64,000 nucleotides of DNA from Actinorugispora endophytica. GTDB taxonomy: Bacteria > Actinomycetota > Actinomycetes > Streptosporangiales > Streptosporangiaceae. The first letter of the stretch is position 1; each line of letters begins with the position of its first letter. Location of the stretch: assembly GCF_004363075.1 (NCBI RefSeq), contig NZ_SNYN01000005.1, positions 187,696-251,695 on the forward strand. The letters run 5' to 3'. Positions 18,333-28,900 of this stretch are shown here, piece by piece. The notes beneath the pieces were generated by a model. That model was given only the letters and a program-made list of their open reading frames with translations. It did not search any database and was not told where the DNA came from. A program made the translations under genes and the position numbers.

Positions 18333-19727
18333 CTAGCGGCGGGTCAGGTACTTCCCGGCGGCCTCGGTGTAGCGTTCGCGGACCCAGGGGGTGGGGGCGG
18401 CCTCGAAGCGCTCGGTGCGGGACGGCTGCTCGGTCCAGTGCGGGGGCTCGCCGGCCCCCGAGAGGACCCAGGCGGCCTGGCGGGCCGCTCCGTCGGCGAC
18501 GCGCTCGCCGGGGCCCGGGGCCAGCACGGGTACCCCGAACACTCCGGGGGCGATCCGGCGCACCGCCTCGGACCGCGCGGCGCCGCCGATCAGCCGGACG
18601 TTCTCGACCGCGACGCCCTGCGCGGCCAGGGCGTCCAGGCAGGCCGCCATCCCGCACAGCACGCCCTCCACCGCGGCCCGCGCGAGGTTCTCCCGGGTGG
18701 AGTTGGCCAGGGTCAGCCCGTGCAGCGCTCCCGAGGAGTCGGGCAGGTTGGGCGTGCGCTCGCCCTCCAGGTAGGGGACGAACACCAGCCCCCGCGCCCC
18801 GGGCTCGGCGCTCAGCGCCAGGTCGTCGAGCCCGGCCGGGGTCACGCCGAGCATCCGCGCCGCCGCGTCCAGCACGCGGGCCGCGTTGAGCGTGCACACC
18901 AGCGGCAGGAACGCCCCGGTCGCGTCGGCGAACCCGGCCACGAGCCCGCTGGGGTCGTTCGCCTGCCGGGCGGAGCGCGCGAACGCGGTGCCCGAGGTGC
19001 CCAGGGACACCACCACGTCGTCGCCCGCGGTCAGTCCCAGGGACGCCGCCGCGTTGTCGCCCGCGCCCGGGCCGATCACCGGTCCGCCGCCGCGCGCGAC
19101 GGCCTCCGAGGGGCCCGCCACCCGGGGGAGCAGGACGTCGTGCCCCAGGGCGCGGGTCAGCAGGTCGCGGCGGTAGTCGTCGGTGCGCCCGTCGAAGTAG
19201 CCGGTCCCCGAGGCGTCGGAGCGGTCGGTGACGAGGTCGGCGATGTCGGTGGAGCCGGACAGCCTCCAGGTCAGCCAGTCGTGCGGGAGGCACACCGCCG
19301 CCGTCCTGGCGGCGGCCCCGGGTTCGTGCTCGGCCAGCCAGCGCAGCTTGGTGACGGTGAAGGAGGCCACCGGGACGGCGCCCACCGCCTCGGACCAGTA
19401 CTCCGCCCCCAGCTCGGCCACCAGGTCCGACGCGGCCCCGGCCGAGCGCGTGTCGTTCCACAGCAGCGCGGGCCGGACGACCCGGCCGCGCTCGTCGAGG
19501 CAGATCATGCCGTGCTGCTGGCCCGCGATGCTGACCGCGTCCACGTCGTCGAGCCCGCCGGCCTCGGCCAGGGCCTCGCCCAGCGCGTCCCACCAGTGGG
19601 CCGGGTCGACCTCGGTCCCGCCCGGATGGCCGGACCGCCCGTTGCGGACCAGGCGGCCGGTCCCGGCGTCGCGGACCACGACCTTGCAGGACTGGGTTGA
19701 GGAGTCCACTCCGGCGACCAGTGCCAT
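18333..19727 (-). CDS. xylB: Xylulokinase (FGGY carbohydrate kinase)
   Basis: [18 protein letters not shown]...[10 protein letters not shown]...LLWNDTRS... are FGGY N- and C-terminal domain signatures. Confidence 0.85.
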   Translation of the reverse strand: MALVAGVDSSTQSCKVVVRDAGTGRLVRNGRSGHPGGTEVDPAHWWDALGEALAEAGGLDDVDAVSIAGQQHGMICLDERGRVVRPALLWNDTRSAGAASDLVAELGAEYWSEAVGAVPVASFTVTKLRWLAEHEPGAAARTAAVCLPHDWLTWRLSGSTDIADLVTDRSDASGTGYFDGRTDDYRRDLLTRALGHDVLLPRVAGPSEAVARGGGPVIGPGAGDNAAASLGLTAGDDVVVSLGTSGTAFARSARQANDPSGLVAGFADATGAFLPLVCTLNAARVLDAAARMLGVTPAGLDDLALSAEPGARGLVFVPYLEGERTPNLPDSSGALHGLTLANSTRENLARAAVEGVLCGMAACLDALAAQGVAVENVRLIGGAARSEAVRRIAPGVFGVPVLAPGPGERVADGAARQAAWVLSGAGEPPHWTEQPSRTERFEAAPTPWVRERYTEAAGKYLTRR

Positions 19728-19845
19728 GACCCACCATTTCCGTCGAGCGGTTCGAACCGGCGCGCATCAACCTATCCGCTGCCGTGAGCCGGTGACGAGG
19801 GGTGCGGGCCGCCGGATCCGCCGACCGGCGCGGCTTCGGGGCGCC

Positions 19846-20841
19846 TCAGGCCAGCAGGCTCCGGGCCGTCTCCGCGTCGGTGACCACGGTGGAGACCAGC
19901 CCGCTGCGCAGCATCACCCCCACGGCCTCGGCCTTGTCCGGCCCCCCGGCCACCGCGATGACCTCGGGGACGGCGCGCAGCTGCTCGACGCCGACGCCGA
20001 TCAGGCGGTCCGTGAGGGGGGTGCGCACCCACCGGCCCTCGACGTCGAACAGCTGGCCGGAGACCTCGGCGCGCACCCCCAGGTCCCGGTACTCCTCGCG
20101 CGCCTCCGGATCGAGGCTCTGGTAGACGGTGGAGCTCCGCTCGTCCCAGCCGCCGATGGCCACGACCGCCTTGGTCAGCCGGTCGAAGTGGGCGAACGCC
20201 GAGGCGATGCCGGGGTCCTCGCGCAGGGCGCGCGCGGTGGTGGCGTCGGGCACGATCAGCGGCGCGTAGATGGGGTAGGCGGTCCCGCCGGACAGCTGGG
20301 CGGCCCGGCGCACGGTCTCCACCGAGCCCTCGTCCCCCGTGCGGTGCGAGAAGACCCCGCCCAGCTGCACCGTCGTGCACCGCGCGAGCCGGGTCAGCTC
20401 GGCTCCCATGATGTTGATGGTGCGGCCCCAGGCCAGGCCGAGCACGTCGCCGTCCTCGACGATCTCGCCGAGCAGGTCGGCGGCCGTGGCCCCCAGCTGC
20501 TGGCGGGTCTGGACGGGGTCCTCGAACCCGGTCACGACGATGGCGCGGTCCAGGCCGTGGGCGGCGCGCAGCCGGTCGGAGAGGTCCGCGTCGATCTGCG
20601 AGGGCAGCCGGATGGAGATCCGGACGATGCCGGTGTCGCGGGCGATGTCGAGCGCGCGGGCCACCTTGAACCGGCTGAGCCCGAACTCCTCCGCGATCTC
20701 CACCTTGGAGCGCCCGTCCAGGTAGAACCGGCGCGCGATGGTGGAGACCAGGACGGTCTCCGCGGGCCCTCTGGTCGTGGCCTTCTCCTTCTGCGGGGGG
20801 TTCACCGGGGTGTCGGGCCGCCGCGCGTCAGGCGCGCTCAT
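19846..20841 (-). CDS. SorC/DeoR-family sugar-binding transcriptional regulator
   Basis: An N-terminal HTH (VEIAEEFGLSRFKVARAL) is followed by a SorC sugar-binding domain. Confidence 0.8.
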   Translation of the reverse strand: MSAPDARRPDTPVNPPQKEKATTRGPAETVLVSTIARRFYLDGRSKVEIAEEFGLSRFKVARALDIARDTGIVRISIRLPSQIDADLSDRLRAAHGLDRAIVVTGFEDPVQTRQQLGATAADLLGEIVEDGDVLGLAWGRTINIMGAELTRLARCTTVQLGGVFSHRTGDEGSVETVRRAAQLSGGTAYPIYAPLIVPDATTARALREDPGIASAFAHFDRLTKAVVAIGGWDERSSTVYQSLDPEAREEYRDLGVRAEVSGQLFDVEGRWVRTPLTDRLIGVGVEQLRAVPEVIAVAGGPDKAEAVGVMLRSGLVSTVVTDAETARSLLA

Positions 20842-20849
20842 CTGATAAC

Positions 20850-20950
20850 CAAACCGCTCATTCGCAAATCATACGTTGACATCCCGTTTCCGATGGGCTT
20901 TCAATGGCATCAATCAAATGTGTGATCTACCGCTCATTTGAGCGGTCTAC
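20850..20950. promoter_or_regulatory. Divergent promoter/operator region with two AACCGCTCATT boxes
   Basis: This lower-GC 100-bp stretch lies between the divergent sorC-like and dehydrogenase genes. The ACCGCTCA motif occurs at about 20853 and again within the palindrome ACCGCTCAtttGAGCGGT at about 20930. Confidence 0.4.
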
Positions 20951-21965
20951 CGTGGGAGTACGTGTGCGCGCAGCGATCATCGAACAGCCCGGTTCCATCA
21001 CCGTCGGCGACCGCCCCGACCCCTCGCCCGCCCCCGACGGAGTCGTGCTGAAGGTGGGCGCCTGCGGGATCTGCGGCACCGACCTGCACATCGCCGACGG
21101 CGAGTTCCCGCCCAGCCCCTACCCGCTGGTCCCCGGACACGAGTTCGCCGGGGAGGTCGTCGCGGTCGGTGAGCACGCCCCCGGCGGCCTGCGCGTCGGC
21201 GACCGCGTCGCCGTGGACCCGTCGCTCTTCTGCGGCCACTGCCGTTTCTGCCGGGCCGGGCGCGGAAACCTCTGCGCGAACTGGGGCGCCATCGGCGACA
21301 CCGTGGACGGCGCCTTCGCCGAGTACGTGGCCGCGCCCGCCGTGAACTGCTACCGGATCCCCGGGGAGATGACCTACCGGCAGGCCGCCGCCGTCGAGCC
21401 GCTGTCCTGCGCCGTGCACGGCGTGCGCCGCGTCGGCGTGCGGCCCGGTGAGCGCTTCCTCCTGGTCGGCGCCGGGACGATGGGCCTGCTCCTGCAGCAG
21501 CTGCTCCAGGACGGCGGGGCCGCCGTCACCATGGTCGACCGCAACCGCGACCGCCTCAAGATCGCCGCCGACCTCGGCGCCGTCGCCACCGCGACCGACG
21601 TCGCCGACCTGGGCGACGAGCGCTTCGAGGCCGCCGTGGACGTCACCGGTGCGCCGCCCGCCATCGAGGCCGCGTTCGGCGCGCTCCAGCGCGGCGGCCG
21701 CCTGCTCGTCTTCGGGGTCGCCGCCGACGACGCCCGCGTGGACCTCTCCCCGTTCCGCATCTACAACGACGAGATCACCGTCGTGGGCTCCATGGCCGTG
21801 CTCAACAGCTACGGCGCCGCCCTCGACCTCCTCGCCTCGGGCCGGGTGCGCGTCGACCCGCTGCTCAGCCACGCCCTGCCGCTCGGGGACTTCCCCGCGG
21901 CCCTCGACCTCATGCGCTCGGGAGCGGGCGTGAAGGTGCAGGTCACGCCCGGTACCGACAACTGA
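20949..21965 (+). CDS. Zn-dependent polyol dehydrogenase (MDR superfamily; sorbitol/xylitol dehydrogenase-like; start approximate)
   Basis: GACGICGTDLHI, GHEFAGEV, a structural-Zn Cys cluster (CGHCRFCRAGRGNLC) and a Rossmann motif (LLVGAGTMG). Confidence 0.8.
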   Translation, partial: TVGVRVRAAIIEQPGSITVGDRPDPSPAPDGVVLKVGACGICGTDLHIADGEFPPSPYPLVPGHEFAGEVVAVGEHAPGGLRVGDRVAVDPSLFCGHCRFCRAGRGNLCANWGAIGDTVDGAFAEYVAAPAVNCYRIPGEMTYRQAAAVEPLSCAVHGVRRVGVRPGERFLLVGAGTMGLLLQQLLQDGGAAVTMVDRNRDRLKIAADLGAVATATDVADLGDERFEAAVDVTGAPPAIEAAFGALQRGGRLLVFGVAADDARVDLSPFRIYNDEITVVGSMAVLNSYGAALDLLASGRVRVDPLLSHALPLGDFPAALDLMRSGAGVKVQVTPGTDN

Positions 21966-22003
21966 TCCCGCGTCGGCAACGCCCCTGGAGGAAGGAGGAC
22001 CCG

Positions 22004-23359
22004 ATGCGCACGACGCTGCCCCCGCTCGCCGCGCTCTGCACGGGAACGCTGCTGCTCTCCGGCTGCGCCGGAGCCGGAGCGCTCCCGGCGGGCACGGACG
22101 GCACCACGCTCGTCATCGCCATCGTCGCCAACCCGCAGATGCAGGACGCCGTCTCGCTCCAGTCGGAGTTCGAGGCCGAGAACCCGGGCGTCTCCGTGAA
22201 GTTCGTCAGCCTGCCCGAGAACGAGGCCCGCGCCAAGATCACCACCTCCATCGCCACCGGCGGCGGCGAGTTCGACGCGGTCATGATCAGCAACTACGAG
22301 ACCCGCCAGTGGGCCGGGTACGGCTGGCTGGAGAACCTCCAGCCCTACATCGACGCCACCGACGGCTACGACGACGCCGACTTCATCCCCTCCATCCGCG
22401 AGGACCTCTCCCACGAGGGCGACATGTACTCCGTCCCCTTCTACGGGGAGTCCTCCTTCCTCGCCTACCGCACCGACCTCTTCGAGGAGGCGGGCCTGGA
22501 GATGCCGGAGAACCCCACCTGGGACGAGGTCGCGGAGCTGGCCGCCGAACTCGACGACCCCGAGGCGGGGGTCGCGGGCGTCTGCCTGCGCGGCCTGGCG
22601 GGCTGGGGCGAGGTGCTGGCCCCGTTCAACAGCCTCCTCAACACCTTCGGCGGGCGCTGGTACGACGAGGACTGGAACGCCCAGCTGGACTCGCCCGAGT
22701 TCCGCGAGGCCGCCGGGTTCTACGTGGACCTGGTCCGCGAGCACGGCCAGGCCGGCGCGGCCAACAGCGGGTTCGGCGACTGCCTGAACCGCTACAGCCA
22801 GGGCCGCGCCGCGATGTTCTACGACTCCACCTCCATGGTCAGCACCGTCGAGGACCCCGACTCCAGCACCGTCGTCGGCCTGAGCGGCTACGCCCCCGCG
22901 CCCGTCGCCGAGAGCGGCTACGGGGGATGGCTCTACACCTGGTCGCTGGGCATCCCGGCCACGTCCGAGCACAAGGACGAGGCGTGGGCGTTCCTGTCCT
23001 GGATGACCGACAAGGACTACATCCGCACCGTCGGCGAGGAGTACGGCTGGCAGCGCGTCCCGCCCGGCAACCGCCTGTCCACCTTCGAGATCCCCGAGTA
23101 CCAGGAGGCCGCCGGAGCCTACGCCGGCCCCATGCTCCAGGGCATCGAGAACGCGGACCCCGAGAACCCCGGGACGCGGCCGGTCCCCTACACCGGCATC
23201 GGCTTCCTCGCCATCCCCGAGTTCCAGGACCTGGGCACCCGGGTCAGCCAGCAGCTCAGCGCCGCGATCGCCGGGCGCGTCACCGTGGACGAGGCGTTGG
23301 AGCAGAGCCAGCGGTACGCCCAGACCGTGGGAGACGCGTACAAGGAGGAGGACCGATGA
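22004..23359 (+). CDS. ABC sugar/polyol transporter substrate-binding lipoprotein (family 1)
   Basis: Lipobox (LLLSGCAG) and a family-1 extracellular solute-binding-protein fold. Confidence 0.8.
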   Translation: MRTTLPPLAALCTGTLLLSGCAGAGALPAGTDGTTLVIAIVANPQMQDAVSLQSEFEAENPGVSVKFVSLPENEARAKITTSIATGGGEFDAVMISNYETRQWAGYGWLENLQPYIDATDGYDDADFIPSIREDLSHEGDMYSVPFYGESSFLAYRTDLFEEAGLEMPENPTWDEVAELAAELDDPEAGVAGVCLRGLAGWGEVLAPFNSLLNTFGGRWYDEDWNAQLDSPEFREAAGFYVDLVREHGQAGAANSGFGDCLNRYSQGRAAMFYDSTSMVSTVEDPDSSTVVGLSGYAPAPVAESGYGGWLYTWSLGIPATSEHKDEAWAFLSWMTDKDYIRTVGEEYGWQRVPPGNRLSTFEIPEYQEAAGAYAGPMLQGIENADPENPGTRPVPYTGIGFLAIPEFQDLGTRVSQQLSAAIAGRVTVDEALEQSQRYAQTVGDAYKEEDR

Positions 23360-24288
23360 GCGCCGCCACCGGAACGGCGCCCGCGCCGCGCGCCCGCGCG
23401 GCCGAGCGCGCCCAGGGCTGGGCGCTGCGCGCGCCGCTGCTGCCCGCGCTGGTCTTCACGGTCGTCGTCACCCAGCTTCCGTTCCTGGTCACGGTCTTCT
23501 ACTCGCTGCAGTCGTGGAACCTGCTGCGGCCCGGCTCGCGGACCTTCGTCGGCCCGGCCAACTACCTCGCCGTCTTCACCGACGCGCAGTTCCTCGGCGC
23601 GGCGTCCAACACCGTCCTGTTCACCGCCGCCTGCGTGCTGGTCTCGATGGCGCTGGGCGTCGGCCTGGCGATGCTGCTGGACCGCCGCTTCCCCGGGCGG
23701 GGCGTGGTGCGGACCCTGCTGATCACACCGTTCCTGATCATCCCGGTGGCCACCGCGCTCCTGTGGAAGACCACCATGTTCGACCCGGTGTTCGGGCTGG
23801 TCGGGTTCGTCCTGACCCCGTTCGGGCTGGGCGACGTGGACTGGGTGTCGCAGTACCCGCTCGTCTCGGTGGTCACCGCGATGGTCTGGCAGTGGACCCC
23901 GTTCATGATGCTGCTGGTGCTGGCCGGACTGCAGAGCCAGGGCCGCGACGTCATCGAGGCGGGCCAGGTGGACGGCGCGAGCCGGTGGCAGATGTTCGTC
24001 GGGATCACGCTGCCGCACCTGCGCCGCTACATCGAGCTCGGCGTGCTGCTGGGCTCGATCTACGTGGTCAACACCTTCGACACGATCTACATGATGACCC
24101 AGGGCGGGCCGGGCACCGCCAGCGCCAACCTGCCCTTCTACATCTACCAGCGGACCTTCCTCGGGTTCGACATCGGCCAGTCCGCCGCCATGGGCGTGGT
24201 CGTGGTCGTCGGCACCATCATCGTGGCCACGCTCGCGCTGCGGCTCATCTTCCGCTCGTTCATGTCCGCCCAGGAGGGGATCTCGTGA
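23356..24288 (+). CDS. ABC transporter permease (MalF-like)
   Basis: An ATGA overlap with the upstream stop, AAGGAGGAGG RBS, 6 TM segments and an EAA-like loop. Confidence 0.8.
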   Translation: MSAATGTAPAPRARAAERAQGWALRAPLLPALVFTVVVTQLPFLVTVFYSLQSWNLLRPGSRTFVGPANYLAVFTDAQFLGAASNTVLFTAACVLVSMALGVGLAMLLDRRFPGRGVVRTLLITPFLIIPVATALLWKTTMFDPVFGLVGFVLTPFGLGDVDWVSQYPLVSVVTAMVWQWTPFMMLLVLAGLQSQGRDVIEAGQVDGASRWQMFVGITLPHLRRYIELGVLLGSIYVVNTFDTIYMMTQGGPGTASANLPFYIYQRTFLGFDIGQSAAMGVVVVVGTIIVATLALRLIFRSFMSAQEGIS

Positions 24289-25184
24289 CGGCCGAAGCCC
24301 TGGTGAAACCCGACGCGGCGGCCCCCCGCGCCACCCGGGCCCCCGCGCCGCCGACCGCCCGGCCGCGCCGCCGGGGCGCGGTCGGGGCCGCCGCCCTGAC
24401 CACGGCGACCTGGGCGATCGCCCTGGTGTTCGTGTCCCCGGCGCTGTGGCTGGCGCTGACCGCGTTCAAGCAGGAGGGCGACGCGGCCACCGATCCGCCC
24501 AAGCTCTTCTTCGAGCCGACCCTCGACCAGTTCCGCACCGTACTCGCCTCGGACTTCCTGCCCTACCTGGGGAACTCCCTGACCGCGACGCTGCTCTCCA
24601 CCCTGCTGGTGCTGCTGCTGGGCGTCCCCGCCGCCTACGCGCTGTCGATCCGGCCGGTCCGGCGCACCCAGGACGTCCTGTTCTTCTTCATCTCCACCAA
24701 GATGCTGCCGGTGGTCGCGGTGGTGGTCCCGCTGTACGTGGCCGCCGCCCGGCTCTCGATGCTGGACAACATCTGGACCCTGGTCGTCCTCTACACCGCC
24801 ATGAACCTGCCCATCGCGGTGTGGATGCTGCGCTCCTTCTTCCTGGAGGTGCCCAGGAGCATCATCGAGGCGGCGAGCATGGAGGGGGCGGGGCTGCCCC
24901 GCGTGCTCTGGTCGGTGATGCTGCCCGTCATGGCGCCCGGGGTCGCCGCGACCGCGCTGATCTGCATGATCTTCTCGTGGAACGAGTTCTTCCTCGCGGT
25001 GAACCTGACCGCCTCGCAGGCCGCCACGGTGCCGGTGTTCATGGTCGGGTTCATCACCAGCGAGGGGCTGTTCTGGGCCCAGCTCGCCGCCGCGGCGACG
25101 CTGGCCTCCCTGCCCATCGTGGTCATCGGCTGGACCGCCCAGCGCCAACTGGTGCGCGGGCTGTCCATGGGGGCGGTGAAGTAG
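24285..25184 (+). CDS. ABC transporter permease (MalG-like)
   Basis: GTGA overlap with the upstream stop, 6 TM segments, EAA motif (IEAASMEGAGLPRV). Confidence 0.8.
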   Translation: MTAEALVKPDAAAPRATRAPAPPTARPRRRGAVGAAALTTATWAIALVFVSPALWLALTAFKQEGDAATDPPKLFFEPTLDQFRTVLASDFLPYLGNSLTATLLSTLLVLLLGVPAAYALSIRPVRRTQDVLFFFISTKMLPVVAVVVPLYVAAARLSMLDNIWTLVVLYTAMNLPIAVWMLRSFFLEVPRSIIEAASMEGAGLPRVLWSVMLPVMAPGVAATALICMIFSWNEFFLAVNLTASQAATVPVFMVGFITSEGLFWAQLAAAATLASLPIVVIGWTAQRQLVRGLSMGAVK

Positions 25185-25223
25185 GGGCCGGGGGACGCCC
25201 GGGAAAACCTGTTGCGCGGAGAC

Positions 25224-25255
25224 GGCCCGCCCGGATTCAATCGACCGGGCGGGCC
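25224..25255 (+). terminator. Terminator hairpin after the ABC permease operon
   Basis: GGCCCGCCCGGattcaatcgaCCGGGCGGGCC. Confidence 0.45.
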
Positions 25256-25480
25256 GCCGCCGGATCCGACGGCGCCCGCGGTTCCTTCGTCCTCCGGGAA
25301 AGCGGTGAGTCTGTGGCCAGGCCTTCGGTGAGCGTCGTCCGCCTCCTCGGGGAGGGGCACCGCTCGGCCCGGTGACCGTACCGGTCGCCAATCCGATCCG
25401 GCCCCTCGCGGAGGCGGCGGGCGGCGCGACACGTCTGTCCCGTGTTCTCGCCCGACCTTTCCCGCAAGGAGCAACCCACC

Positions 25481-25870
25481 GTGTCACGACGACGCGACGA
25501 CCGTTCCCACTCCCGTCCGCGCGCCCGCCAGGGCGCCGAGTCGTTCCGCTGCCTGCACTGCCGCCTCGACGTGTCCATGAGCGCGCCGGGCACCGCCCAC
25601 CGCAACCACTGCCCGAACTGCCTGCACAGCAAGCACGTGGACGACCGCGTCCCGGGCGACCGGGCGTCGGACTGCCACTCCCGCATGGAGCCCATCTCCA
25701 TCGCGGTGCGCGGCGACGGCGAATGGGTGATCATCCACCGCTGCACCGGCTGCGACGAGCTGAGCGCCAACCGGACCGCGGGCGACGACAACCCGCTGCT
25801 GCTGGTGGGCATGGCCACCCGCCCGCTCGCCAGGCCCCCGTTCCCCTTGGAGCGCCTGGCCATGCTCTGA
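25481..25870 (+). CDS. RNHCP-domain protein
   Basis: The GTG start is preceded by AAGGAG. The sequence HRNHCPNCLHSKHVDD plus CxxC pairs is the RNHCP zinc-ribbon signature. Confidence 0.65.
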   Translation: MSRRRDDRSHSRPRARQGAESFRCLHCRLDVSMSAPGTAHRNHCPNCLHSKHVDDRVPGDRASDCHSRMEPISIAVRGDGEWVIIHRCTGCDELSANRTAGDDNPLLLVGMATRPLARPPFPLERLAML

Positions 25871-25948
25871 CCGGGCGAACCCCGCGAAGAAGGCCGCGCC
25901 CGGACCACTGGGTCCGGGCGCGGCCCCCACCGCCCCGCCGGAAGCCCG

Positions 25949-28900
25949 CTACTCCTTGAAGCCCCGGGCCGCCCGGGTGATGGCGGTCTCGACCGCTCCG
26001 ACGCGGTCGGCGAGGAGGCCCACCGCGCCCACGGCGCGGGACAGGGGGTCGTCGTCCGCGCCGCCCAGCGCCCGGGCGCGGAGGAAGGCGGCCTTCACCT
26101 CCGCCCAGCGGGCCCGCTGCTCCTCGGTCATGCGGCCGCGCAGCTCCGCCAGCTTCAGCAGGTTGGCCTCCGCGCCCGAGGTGAGGGTCTGCGCCTCGCC
26201 CCGGTAGTGGTCGTCGATCACCGCCTCCAGCTCGGCGTCGTTCATCACCGGGACGATGCGCTCGGCCAGCTTGTTCATGTTCCGGTAGGAGCCCTGCAGT
26301 CGGAACGGCGGCTCCGTCCGCGAGGCGTCCGACTGCGCCGCCGACGCGATGTAGGCGCGGTTGTTGGCCAGCACCACCTCCTGGACCCGCAGCAGCTTGC
26401 GCAGCACCGACAGGATCTGGTCCAGCTCCACCGACGAGTACGGGTGCGCGAGCCGGTCGGGCCGCACGCCCTCGTCGCCGCGCGCCATGCGCACCAGGAG
26501 CCGCACGTCCCCGCGTTCGCGGGTGGACAGCGGGGCCAGCACCGGGTTGGAGGTCAGCGCGTTCTCGACGTAGCTCAGCGCGAACAGCTCCTCCCGTCCG
26601 CTCAGCACGTCGCCCAGGTTCCACACGTCGGCGCGGTTGGCGAGCATGTCCGGGACCCGGAACCGCTTGCCCTCCTCGGTGTACGGGTTGCCGGCCATGC
26701 ACACCGCGAACCGCTTGCCGCGCAGGTCGTAGGTCCGCGTGCGGCCCTCCCACACGCCCTCCATCCGGCGCTGGCCGTCGCACAGCGAGATGAACTTCTG
26801 CAGCAGCTCCGGAGACGTGTGCTGGATGTCGTCCAGGTACAGAAGCACGTTGTTCCCGGCCTCCAGGGCGAACGAGATCTTCTCGACCTCCTGGCGCGCG
26901 GTCGCGTCGGGCGCCTCCGCCGGGTCCACCGAGGTCACCGCGTGCCCCAGCGACGGGCCGTTCACCTTCACGAACACCAGGCCCAGGCGGCTCGCCACGT
27001 ACTCCATCAGCGTGGTCTTGCCGTAGCCGGGCGGGGAGACGAGCAGCAGCAGCCCCATCTGGTCGGTGCGCTTGGCGTCGCCCGCCGCCCCCAGCTGCTT
27101 GGCGAGGTTGTCGCCGATCAACGGCAGGTACACCTCGTCGAGCAGCTGGTTGCGCACGAACGAGCTCATCACCGTGGGCCGGTACTCGTCCAGCCGCAGC
27201 CGCGCGCGCTCGGCGGCCACCAGTTCGTTGCGCCGCCGCTGGTAGGCGCGGTACGCGGGGACGCGCTCCGCGCGGAAGAGCCGGGTACGCTCCAGGGTCT
27301 CGTCCAGGCGCAGCTCCAGGCGCCGCCCGCGCACGCGCGGGTGCGCCCCGAGCAGCCCCTCGACCACCGTCGACAGCGGGCCGTCGCACTCGTACCGCTC
27401 CAGGTCCGGGGCCAGTTCGAGCGCGACCGCCTCGGGCAGGTCCGCGTCCTCGCCGGGGCGCTCCGCAGAGGCCAGGTACGCCCCCAGCCACGCCGCCACC
27501 AGCTGGTGCCGCGCCGCCAGGTCGGGCCCCAGCGCCGCGAGGTCGGCGTCGAGCTCCCCGCGCGCGGCCACGCCCAGGCTCCGGCGGAACCGCTCCACGA
27601 GCGAGCGGGCGCCGGAGCCCGCCGCGAACCCGGCGGGACCGGTCCCCGAGGCGAGCTCCTCGAACAGGTACTCGCCCGCCTGGGAGGTGCCGTCGGCGTA
27701 GGCGGCGGTGAGCCCCGCCCCCTCCAGGAACACCGCGACGGCCGCGCCCAGCTCGGCGGACAGCTCGCCGACCGCGCCGCCGCGCCCGAAGCCGAACACC
27801 GAGCGGGCCCGCGCCAGCGAGCGCGCCCGCGTGGCCCAGGACCGCTTCGCCGCGTCCCGCGCGCCGAACGCCCAGAACAGCTGCGCCGCCGCGCGGGCGG
27901 CGCGCGGGTAGCGCAGCAGCCCCGCCCCGCCGTGCAGCCGCAGCAGCGCACCCAGGACGAGGGCCGCGTCGTGGTCGTGGACGCCGCGCTCGTACCCCTC
28001 GTCGTAGCGGGACTCGGCGGCCCCGCGCACCACGGCCAGCAGCGCGTCGGGGTCCTCGGCGGCCTCGCGCAGCGCCGCCGCGGTGGTCCCGCCCTCACCC
28101 GCCTCGGCGTCGGCCAGGACCGCCGCGGCCAGGAACTCCGCCCGGTACACCTGGGGCGTCTCCGACACCAGGTGCTGCTCCCAGAACGGCCGGGTCTCGT
28201 CGAAGCCCTCGGCCGCCACCGGCGAGCGGTAGTCGGTCCCGGTGATGCTGAACGCCATCCGCCCGTCGTGCGGCACCAGCGTCAGGTCGAGCGGCTGGGT
28301 GTTCACCGCGAACCGGTGCGGCCCCAGCCGGACCGACTCGCCGCCGTCGGTGAACAGGTCGAGGCGGTCGCGCAGCGCCCGGCCGGCCTCCTGGCGGGCC
28401 GACTTGACCCGCCCCTCGACCTCCTCGGCGCGCACCTGGTCGCCGAGCGCGCGCAGCTCGTCGGCGGTGGAGCGGAGCCTGGCCACCATGGGGTCCGAGG
28501 CGAAGTAGGTGTTCACCTCGTCGACGGAGCCCAGCGACGCCGCCCGGCGGCGCACGCTGCCCAGGACGCGCTCGGCGGACTCGGCGAGCCGGTCCGCGCG
28601 GCGGACGCGCTCGTCCAGCAGGGCCTGCTTACGCCCGCTGAACGCCTCGTAGACGTCCTCGCGCTTGGCCTCCAGCTCGTCCAGGAAGTCGTCGAACTCC
28701 CCGAAGCGCGACTCCAGGTTCTCCACCTGGAGCATCAACCGCCCCAGCTGCTCGTCGCACGCCTCGGGGGTGTCGGCCATCGCGATCGCGCCGGTCACCG
28801 CCTGGCCCAGCAGCGCGAACTCCGCCGCGAACGCCGCCCGCCCCTCGGCGGCCAGCAGCTCCCGGCGCCGCGCGGCCAGGGTGGCGCGGGCCCGGTTGAC

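Noticed and set aside
15908-19770. Long antisense ORFs over the Ser/Thr kinase (15908..17842 -) and xylB (18109..19770 -, 18267..19700 +)
   Set aside because: These are off-frame or antisense to strongly supported genes; composition artefacts.
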